From the NCBI GenBank assembly GCA_964255285.1, contig CAXUUL010000034.1, forward strand, positions 1-51,676: a stretch of DNA of 51,676 nucleotides, in the 5' to 3' direction. The position numbers and the translations under genes are program-made. This document shows, piece by piece, positions 39,802 through 51,676 of this stretch (position 1 is the stretch's first letter; every line of letters begins with the position of its first letter). The notes under the pieces are model-generated. The model was not told where the DNA came from. It ran no database searches and was given only the letters and a program-made list of their open reading frames with translations. Origin of the DNA: Ionaspis alba (taxonomy: Eukaryota).

Positions 39802-40565
39802 ATGTCCGCATCACCGGCACCTTCAGAGAACGATCAACAAACCAAAGGCCAGGAGCAGATCACATTCAGATTCTGTCGAGAATGGTGTGTCACCCCTGCA
39901 TTATGTGCTTGTTGTTCTGTGGGCGTAACTGACTTTCTATGTTAAGTTCAAACATGCTGTATCCCAAGGAGGATCGTCTCAACAACACGCTTATGTTCGC
40001 TTGCAGAACCTGCCAATTCAGCGAGCCCGCCGCGTCCTCGTGCGTCTTTCGCAACAATCTCTACAATACCGTCGGAGAAACGGCAGGTGTGACTCAGGAT
40101 GTGGCAGCTGATCCTACGGTTCGTCTACCTGACTTTTACACATGCACTCTCTGCGGACAGGAGATTATTTGTACTATCTGCGTAGAAGAATACTGCTCGG
40201 GGTTTGTGGCCAAGGCCAAGAATGTCAACGAAGAAGCTCGCGCGAACCATATGGAGACACAGCATGGTGAAGTCGTGGAGGTGGAAAGAGGATGTAACGC
40301 AATTGCTGTCAATGGTGAAATTAAATATTCTTGAACCTTTGCTAATGTGGTCCACACTCCACAGCTGCCGCGATCGAACAAGCAGTGTCCAAAGTGCAAG
40401 GAGATGGAAGCTGTATTTTTCCAATCGCAGCAGCGGTCCGCCGAAACTGGGATGGTAAGTCTCGCAGGGTTTCCTCCATCGTATATCTATCACACATGCG
40501 ACTGACGAGACTGCCCTTAGAAACTCTTCTATGTGTGCTGCAGCTGCGGCACTATCTTCCAATAG
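39802..40565 (+). CDS. RPB9: RNA polymerase II subunit Rpb9
   Basis: Exons 39802-39884, 39947-40118, 40365-40454, 40521-40565 give FRFCRECSNMLYPKED...FACRTC...DPTLPRSNKQCPKC...AVFFQSQQRSAETGMKLFYVCCSC. Confidence 0.95.
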
Positions 40566-40753
40566 GGTCTGGGCGTCGTCTATGCGCGCTGCGGTTGTGT
40601 TGTTCAGTTGTGGTCTCGATCCGCAGATGATACCCCAGGGAAAGGAGTTGTTGGAATTGTTTATGATGCCAGACTCGTGCAGTGTGCTTTTTTATATATA
40701 TGTTCCATCGTCCCTTTTCTTGGGACACCGACATGTGCCAAAGAATCTCTCGT

Positions 40754-41384
40754 TCAGACATGCATAGGTGCTAGTGACAGAATCTTTGACCACTGCTTCT
40801 CACGTAATTCCGAGCCGACAACACCTACAGGCTCATTAGAAAGCTATGGAAATACACCACAGAGCTCTGGGAAAGTTGTGCGAAAGGATGTATGCTGTCC
40901 ACTCGTTAAAGACTCGTTGGAGGGAATACCCACTAGTCAACCTCGTGCCAATGGGCTCTCCCGTCTTGTTGATCAGCACGCAAGCGTTGTCATCGAAACG
41001 TACCACCATGCCATCCTTCCTCTGCAGCTTTTTGGCAGTACGGACCACTACAGCGTGTCGTATATCGCCTCTCCGGACTTTGTTGGCTGCGGCCGCAGAT
41101 ATTGAGCTCCCTCCAGGCCCAGATCCTTCCCCGAAAGACCGTTGCTTCTGGACGACAACGATTATGCGATCGCCTGACACGTGTGATGAGTAGATGAAGT
41201 ATTTTGAGGAAAGACTGATGTGGAGAGACCGCTTACCGATTTTGGCATGTCTCTTCATCCGTAGATTGGCGACGCATTCGACAATGGAGGCGCCTGAATT
41301 GTCGATGCAATTGAGCATCGTCTAGATCGGCCTGAGCAACAGCAGACTAGAGATGAGTCACTGAAATACCTTGAGTTGAATCAT
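40754..41384 (-). CDS. MRPL38: Mitochondrial ribosomal protein uL14m
   Basis: Four exons give MIQLKTMLNCIDNSGA...GDRIIVVVQK...VRRGDIRHAVVVRT...RFDDNACVLINKTGEPIGTRL...KILSLAP. Confidence 0.92.
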
Positions 41385-41849
41385 TGCGGCAGCATCCGGG
41401 GAGCACTGAATAGGAAAGCTTCTTAGAGCAGTCTTGATAGATCTTCGGAATGGTTTGATGCGAGGTACCGCAAGGAGATGGCACTAGGATCCAGGCCTGC
41501 ATATCTGCCGCTTCGCGGCCCAGCCGTGCCAGCCTCTCAGACTCCTAACTTATACTAGGCCTCTCTGCTCCCCACTCACCATGTAGACCGCCCTACTCTA
41601 CTTCACGAGCGCATTCCGCGTCGCTCGGTATTCCATTCCTTACCGTGTATTGTCCCGCCTTGATTTCACCACACGATACTGTCTTTACCTTCTTGACTTC
41701 TTTGGCGCTTTGCCTTTTCGCAGCCTCCTCAGCTTATGCATCACCACCAAGGCGCAGCTCTAATGGGATTTCTAAAGCTCTAATTCTGGCTACGTGATAT
41801 CAAACGCCTTTGTCCTTCGTTCTCCTAAAAATCTCTACTCACATCAGAC

Positions 41850-44026
41850 ATGGCTCAGAAGGAGAATACGGCAAAACGCGAAAGACTGACACTGTCTCAG
41901 CTGGCCAGCTATGATGATATCCTGACTGATGTTCTGGTTGACCATGTATGTGGAGACCGGACAGGTTGCTGCTTTGCAATTCCTCGCTCGTGCAGCTCCG
42001 AAAGACCTTGCTAAGGACTCTATAGGTCTACTTCTGGACAACCATCAGAAAGAATCGCTCAAAATACAATCTCACCCGTGGCATTTCGGAAGATGAGGTC
42101 ACCAGGATACTCCTCCACGAAGTCATCTGCAGAAAGGACACGCACCAGGCGGAAAAACTTCTTTTGAAGTTGCCTGGACTGCGCAAATTCATGGAGAAGC
42201 TAAAGACCGAAAGGGAGAAGGAAGACTTTAGGCGGCACATGAGAAAGTATATCAGCGTCTGGCTTCCAGATTGCCCCTTCGAGGTTTCCACGACCAATAG
42301 ATATACCATAACTACACAGGAGGCATCTGCGATAGCGAGACGTTTCATCAAGAAAGGCGAGACCATCAAGTATCTCTGTGGTAATTTAGTGGCGATAACT
42401 TCTCAAGAAGAGAAGGACCTCGACTTAACTAGAAGAGACTTCAGTATTGTTATGTCCAGCCGGAAGAAGACTCCTTCTCTCTTCCTTGGTCCTGCGCGAT
42501 TCGCGAACCATGACTGCGACGCCAACGCCAGACTTGTCACCAGAGGGTCTGAGGGGATGCAGGTTGTGTCCGTAAGAGATATTGATCTTGGAGAGGAGAT
42601 AACAGTCACTTACGGCGATGATTATTTCGGGCTTGGTAACCGCGAATGTCTTTGTGAGACCTGTGAATTAGAGGGACGCAGCGGGTGGGAGAATCGAACC
42701 GTCAGTGTCGTCTCGAGCGGTACTTCAACCCCTGCAATACCCGAAGACGATGCTCCACTCGGGCCATACTCTTTTCGCAAGAAGAGGAAGTACGCTTCGA
42801 CTAGCGACGCAACTCGTGTGACCACGATGCCGTGCGTGGATATTTCGTCTCAGACAAACCGAATGAAGCCTGTCCTTTCGCAAAATGGACGAACGATCGA
42901 TAAAGTCCAGGATAACCTTCTCAACACTGAAATCGATCGTTCGGCAGCTGTCAATACACCTGAGTCTGACTGCGATAACACCGTGCCGCTAGCAAAAGAC
43001 AGTTGTAGAGTCTTGTCCTCGCTCCCCGGCTCAGTCCAGCCGAGATCGTCATTCATACTAGCCGAACAGGATCTGAAAGATTATCTCTTCAGGACTTCCA
43101 AAGATTCTCCCCGGAAATTTACTCCGTACAATCTCAGCCGTTATGGATCTAAAGCACTAGATACATTCGGGAATTCTAGGTCTTCGACACCCGAGCCGTC
43201 ATATTCATTATCACAGCCGATACCACACATTCGCTTACCCTCCTCACAGGACCTTGGCAGTGCGCGGCTAATCGAAACTCCTCCGGGTACAAGAATAGAT
43301 ATGCCACTTAGCTCCCGAGCTTCCACAGACGTCGAATCGATTTTCGATTCCTCGGAATTGGAAAGGTCTAGTCCAGCGAGTTCGATCAGCAGATGTCGGA
43401 TCGAAAGCGGGGAAAGAACGATATCGATCGAGAAACATGAGTGTTCATACGCTGGGACTGCAGCCGATCATGTCAATCTCTTTGATGAGGAGGATAGTGA
43501 TCTCACCGAGCTCTCAGAGGACGAGGAGCTCGACGACATCAATCCGGCTATCGTTCGCGAAGACAAAGCAAGCCCGGGGAGAGTATCTCGTGAGGACTCT
43601 TCCAAAGGAGAGGCTGTCGCCACAAATCCGAAGATCCGGGTCCCGAGAGATTATGTAAGAACAGTGCTGCTCCTTTCAGAACCATTTTCACGCTGGGTCG
43701 ATTGTCAGACTTGTTCTACATGTTGGGTTCAGCCTAATGGATACTATACACGCAAAGAATGCCCGCGCTGTGAACGACACAGCAAGCTCTACGGGTATCG
43801 ATGGCCAAAGACTGACACAGTCAAGGGAGAAGAGGTGGGGAGAGTGATGGATCATCGGACTGTACATCGATTTTTGAAACCCGAGGATGAAACGAGGGTC
43901 AAGAAACGAGGAAGGGGCTTAGTGCTGGAGAAGTCGGAGGAGCAAGACAGCGAGATCGAGGAGGACGAGCGGCAGTCTACGTCAAGGAGAAGAAGCCGGC
44001 GTCGCAATGGTTATGGTGTAATATGA
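41850..44026 (+). CDS. SET9: Histone H4K20 methyltransferase Set9 (SUV4-20 family)
   Basis: Exons 41850-41945, 42026-44026. LASYDDILTDVLVDH, FEVSTTNRY, DFSIVMSSRK, FLGPARFANHDC, GEEITVTYG..YFG...CLCETCE, plus a C-terminal Cys cluster. Confidence 0.93.
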
Positions 44027-44314
44027 GCGCTTGTTGTGGGAGACATGAGAGCGTATGAGGAGAACCTGTACAATTTGCGAGCAGGCGATCTGTACCATCG
44101 TAGGCACAGCATAGCATGCATCTAGGGGGCACGGATTTCCATCAGCATAGTAAATATCTCTTTGCGGGCTTAGAAAGGGCCTCTAGCACTATATACGGTA
44201 GGGATAGGAGGCATTACGAAAAACGCGCTGTATTCGAATCGTGCAAATCCAGATTGTAGCGTACAACTGCAAAATCGGGCTGAACCTTCCAATACGTACA
44301 GTACTCTCCGTTCC

Positions 44315-47128
44315 ATGGCGAAAGTTTTGCTATGCCTGTTCGTTACGAGTGGAGCTCGACTGACGTGGCGAAATGCTTCTTATGATTCTTTTCCGATTCC
44401 GGAAACCTGGCTTTGTGTGCGTGTAACATCTGTTGTTCCCAGGTATAACTCACCAATCACAGGTCCAGCAGGCCGGATATTTGGTTTCAGTAGACTACGG
44501 TTCTTCAGTATGACAAGGTCAAGAACAGTTCCTCGTGATCCCAATACACTCTCAAACTATAATGACTTCCTTACTACCCATACTGTTGCCAACTTTAACA
44601 TCGATTTCTTGAAAGCCCGACTTGTTGGGAGCATTATCTTGATATTGAAATCTTTACAAGATGGAGGATCCTCCCGAGTTGTGCTCGACACAAGTTTTCT
44701 CAAGGTGGACAATGTCCAGGTAAACGGTCGGTCGACGCAGTGGGAATTACAGCCGAGATCAGAACCATATGGTAGTGCACTTGACATACATCTTGGGCAA
44801 TCCATTCCAAGAGATCAAAGTCTACAGATTCATGTCCGTTGTCTCCGAAGCCAGTTCCCTTCCTTCTCAGCCTTCTGCGAGCTAAGCAAAGCAATATAGA
44901 TCGATGTTGAAACCACTGAGGCGTGCACAGCGCTTCAATGGCTCACGCCGGCCCAGACATCGAACAAGAAGCATCCGTACATGTGTCAGTCGGAGATTCG
45001 CTTGATCGCTGCACATACCTAATTCTTTCCAGTTACCCAGTGCCAGGCAATCCATGCTCGATCGGTGTTTCCATGTCAGGACACTCCAGATGTCAAGTCG
45101 ACCTTTGAGTTCAACATTCGCTCGCCATTACCGGTCATTGCAAGTGGACTTTCCACAGGCGCTAGGGACTTCATGCCTGGTAAGGACGGTGACCCAGGCT
45201 CTCTCCTCTATACGTTCAAACAAGCTGTACCAATTCCAAGCTATCTGTTCGCTCTAGCAAGCGGGTTTGTGCTATCTCATATCCTCATCTTCTCTCCCTT
45301 GTCCTTCAATGAAATGAGAATGACCAGGCATAGCGACATCGCAACAGCATCGATTGGACCACGAAGCTTGGTGGCTACAGGTCCGGAGGAGATTGGAGAC
45401 GCCAAATGGGAGTTAGAAGAAGACACCGAACGATTCATCCAAGTAGCAGAGGTAGAGATGCCCACCCTTCTCACTTCTGGAGTGACGAATGACCGATGTT
45501 TAACCCAGAAAATCCTACAAACAGTTCCCTATGCATGGACATCTTACAATGTTCTCGTCCTTCCACCTTCTTTTCCCTACGGCGGTACGAACACCGCACG
45601 CCCCCATTGCCATCTGATATGATGAAGTATGTCTAAAGCCATTGCAGGGATGGAGAACCCGGTCACTACCTTTGCAACTCCTACTATCATCTCTGGCGTA
45701 AGTCTCTTTCACCAAATTTGCTTTGACCTTCGCAACTACAAATCGACCAACATCTCCGTCGGTAAACTGCCCGGAAGACTATGCTCGAATGGTTGGTGGT
45801 GGCGATGCACGCTTGATCAATACTGTAATATGGCACAATTATGTCTCCCTGCTGATAATGCTCTTATTTTAGGACCGAGAAAACGTCGACGTCATTGCCC
45901 ACGAGTTGTCACATAGTTGGAGCGGCAACCTTGTCAGTAACGCATCATGGGAGCATTTCTGGTTGAACGAAGGTAGAACTTGGAGCTTTGGTATCTAGAA
46001 CAATCTACTGACACGGCCAGGGTGGACTACGTACCTAGAACGCAGAGTATATGGCCCATATGCAGTGATGCATTGCATAAACTCCGCTGATACGGCTTCC
46101 AGATTCAAGCAGCAGTGTATTCACCCAAATCAGGTCTGTATCAATGTCCATAAGCTAACTCCGCCTAGTCATGGCGAGCCTCATCGCTCATTTTCAGCAA
46201 TAATCGGGTGGAAGGCACTCGCAGACTCGATCGAGACCTTTGGGCAAGAGCACGAGTTCACGAAGATGGTGGTTGACTTGCAGGGCAAAGATCCTGACGA
46301 TGCCTTTTCTAGCATTCCATATGAGAAAGGCTTCATCTTCCTCTACTATCTCGAGGGCTTGATCGGAAAGGACAAGTGGGATACTTTCATTCCTCACGTC
46401 GGTTTCTCCATCTCTGGGAGATCATCTGCAACACTTAAGTTCCAGTAACTGACACAACAAGTAGTATTTCTCAACCTATGCCGGCAGATCTCTTGACTCA
46501 TTCGAGTTCAAAATTAACCTGATTTCATTTTTTAAGGACGATATTCACGCATCGAAACTACTGAAAGAGCTGGACTGGAACCGATGGCTCTACGCTCCTG
46601 GATTTCCACCTAAGCCAGATTTCGACACATCACTTGTGGATGTGTGCTACGCTCTTGCCCACAAGTGGAAAGAGTTATCGAAAGGCTCTTTAGGCTTTCG
46701 ACCGAAAAAGGAAGACATCAAGGGCTGGAAAGCCAACCAGGTCGTGGTATTCCTTGAATCGGTTCAAGACTTTCAGAAGCCTCTGCCGAAGCAGGATGTA
46801 CAGATCATGGGAGAGGTGTACGGCTTTGATAAGAGCCGGAATGTCGAGGTTATAAGCCGGTACTTCCGTGTGGGGCTTCAAGCTCGCCAGGAAGCCGTCT
46901 ATCAGCCTACTGCTGAGTTACTGGGACGTGTAGGGAGGATGAAGTTCGTGAGGCCGTGCGTGTAGGAACTTGCTGCGATTGTCCTCATGCTAACGTTTCA
47001 ACAGGCTCTTTCGGCTATTGAACGAAGCAGATCGAGATTTGGCTGTGAAGACTTTTGAGAAGAATGAACTGTTTTATCATCCTATTTGCCGGCAATTGGT
47101 CAAACAGGACCTTTTCGGAAAGAAATAG
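44315..47128 (+). CDS. LAP2: Leukotriene A4 hydrolase / M1 leucine aminopeptidase
   Basis: [53 protein letters not shown]...[19 protein letters not shown] and FYHPI. About a dozen introns, including a 14-nt micro-exon at 46103-46116. A second ATG lies at 44510. Confidence 0.92.
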
Positions 47129-47376
47129 AGGGGAAAATATGGGACGAGCCTTGAATGATTCGGGGAGAGCAACGAGGGCTATGAAGCCGAAAAGCGATGA
47201 ACCACTCAACGTGATGCGGACGGAAAGGCCTCTCTTCCTAACAATAGTAATTATAGGCAATTTGTATAACTGCTATAGCAAATTTCAGGTCTGTACGATA
47301 TTAGCGTAATCTTGACCCGCGCTCAGTCGGTCCAGCCTCAGACGATATGTCGAGAATCTACCCACGAATGAGCGAA

Positions 47377-48505
47377 CTACTCAGCCCTCCTTACTTCCTG
47401 TTTTCCTGGTGCTGGCTCAAAACCCTCATCCATCATCTTACTCCTCGTCTTGACAAGGGGAAGCTCACTTCCAGGATCGCCAAACACAATATCCCCTGTC
47501 GCCACAGCCTCTTGCATTCCGTCTAGCGCATTCAGCACACTCCGCATGTACGACACTATGCAGCCCAACTTCACCAAATCGACATCCTCCTCTGCTCTGA
47601 GAATGTTCCGCCAGACGGCAGCAGCGAGTACGGCATCGCCCTTTGCAAGACCCTCATCATAAGCTGCGGTGACTCCTCGCCACTGTAGGAAGAGATCCTT
47701 CAGGTACCTGTTGCGGGTCGCTCGTGATTGGAGATTGTGAAGAGTCACCATCCGCTCTTCCGAGGAGTAGGAGAAGTGGTCAATCAGGTGCTGATGCCAT
47801 ATGGAAGCGATTTCAGGCGGGAACGTGCGGATGCTGACAGTCAGTAGCCACATGTGGAGGAAGGTGACTTGCGCCCAAGTGTTGAAGGTCGGGATCAGCC
47901 CAAGCTCTGGCGCGATGGGGAGGTTAGTTTTTTAGAATCGTGGACGCACAAAGGGGAAGGGCAGCGAAGCCATACTCTCGTACCACCAGCCCTGCCCCAC
48001 ACCCATATCTTCTCCTTCCTTCGTCTTTGGGACCACTAGATCTCGGTCCTCCGACTGGGGAATGCTGTAATCGGCCAGCCGTGCGCACTCTTTCAGCAGC
48101 TTGTCCGTTGCGCTGTACGCCACATAGGTCTCCGTCATGACGGGGGCAGTGTCGCGTAGCTTCCTCGCCAGCCGATCGACGGGTCCAGACGGAGCAATTT
48201 CCTCTTCTCTAACATCATCTTTGATGCCAGTTTGACGTTGACGAGGAATGATAGGAGATATCTGATGGATTCTCGGAGAAGGCGATGTAGATGCTTCGGT
48301 AGCAAAAGATCGTGATATGGCTGGTACGATTCGAGATACTTTGCACGGATGAGAAAATGACTTGTTGATCTGCAAAAAGCAATCGCATTAGCTTCAAGGT
48401 ATCATTTGTCTCGAGTGCCATTGTATGTGGCCGTACCTTCTGCGATTGTGTAGTCTGTTTTTTCAGATAGCGTAAACAGCTTGTGCAACGATTTGTAGTT
48501 GCCAT
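47377..48505 (-). CDS. CBP3: Cytochrome b chaperone Cbp3 (ubiquinol-cytochrome c chaperone)
   Basis: Arg/Ser/Thr-rich presequence, TETYVAY, GWWYE, PTFNTWAQVTFLHMWLL, QWRGVTAAYDEGL and DAVLAAAVWRN. Introns ~48436-48370 and ~47982-47908. Confidence 0.88.
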
Positions 48506-48879
48506 CATGTGCTAGATTAATCGAATGGTGCCAGAGAACTATTCAACCAGATCTATCGAGGTCAGTCCTAGCAGCCGTGTTTGATATAGTATTCCGTAAC
48601 GTCATCACTTGGAATTGTTTGATTGGTTTGCTCGCCAAATCACGATGAAGAAGGGTAAAATCACTAAGGTAGAAATCGGTTGATTAGGAGTCTCCGAGGC
48701 TAATCCTCTGAGACGGTTAAATACTAGAGAATACGCTAATGGGTCGTCGCTGCCAACAATCCATCCTTCAACGACCGAAGCGACGTACACTAGGCTATTC
48801 ATATAAATAAATACGAACGCGATCTGGCTTTCATAACAGTTTCGTCTAAAAGTACTCTGACGATCACTATGTCTTATCT

Positions 48880-51196
<2,317 letters not shown>

Positions 51197-51676
51197 GATG
51201 TAGATTGGCAGACGGTAGTTTTCAAATGCTAAAGCATAGTTGGGTCAGAGAACGATGAGAATCAGAGGTAGAGTCAGACGAGGGAAATGGATGAATCGGC
51301 ACGATAGGGAATCGGAGTAGCCAGCAGATGTGGAATAACCATGCCATGGTGCTTGACATATCAAAACGCCCTAGAGCAATCAATCATCTTAGACGGCATA
51401 GTTTGAACTCATCATACATACAAGTCTCCCATGCTCAGGCACGACATCTGCCAAAGGCACGAACAGGCATTGACGGTGCCCAGGGTGAGGATGGGGACGG
51501 TGTGTGACCGCATCGACCTGTTGGGCGTTGTCGCAGGAGCAATGTGCAATCCCATCTCTACTTCGACCCAGCTCTGGATTGACTATCTAGTCCGGATATC
51601 CTGCATTGCAGCTGCATACCTGTGCCTACACCCTCGGTGATCAGATCGACATTCCCGTAAAGGCACGAGACAATCG

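Noticed and set aside
51200..51676. Possible gene fragment at the right edge
   Set aside because: Splice-like signals are present, but no frame gives a recognisable protein and the region is truncated by the window.

Overview
A gene-dense, intron-rich window from a filamentous ascomycete (Pezizomycotina-type GT-AG introns with CTRAC branch points). The ORF track therefore fragments most genes, and I rebuilt the gene models by hand from splice signals. In order: an ARN/SIT-family siderophore-iron MFS transporter with an SreA-type GATA box, CDC42, a signal-peptide + KDEL agmatinase-like ureohydrolase, a Sec7-PH Arf-GEF, a 100-N assembly gap, the pseudo-carboxypeptidase ECM14, a D-amino-acid oxidase, an EEP-family hydrolase, a Cdb4/Ebp1-like protein, an Rco1-like double-PHD protein, PDS5, a BTB protein, a saccharopine-dehydrogenase-like oxidoreductase, an orphan ORF, ESS1/PIN1, RPB9, mitochondrial uL14, SET9, leukotriene A4 hydrolase/LAP2, CBP3 and a phenol 2-monooxygenase pseudogene with several lesions. 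I saw no tRNA, rRNA, CRISPR array or recognisable transposon. The best candidate for something undescribed is RPB9 intron 2: read in frame, it encodes an alternative C-terminus with its own CxxC-x5-CxxC motif, suggesting a zinc-ribbon-swap isoform of this Pol II subunit. Other leads are the putative ER-resident ureohydrolase, a degenerate 15-bp GATAA-rich tandem array, two adjacent orphan frames sharing an ungapped motif, and a 17-bp direct repeat flanking the gap. All family calls come from motif recognition, not database searches.
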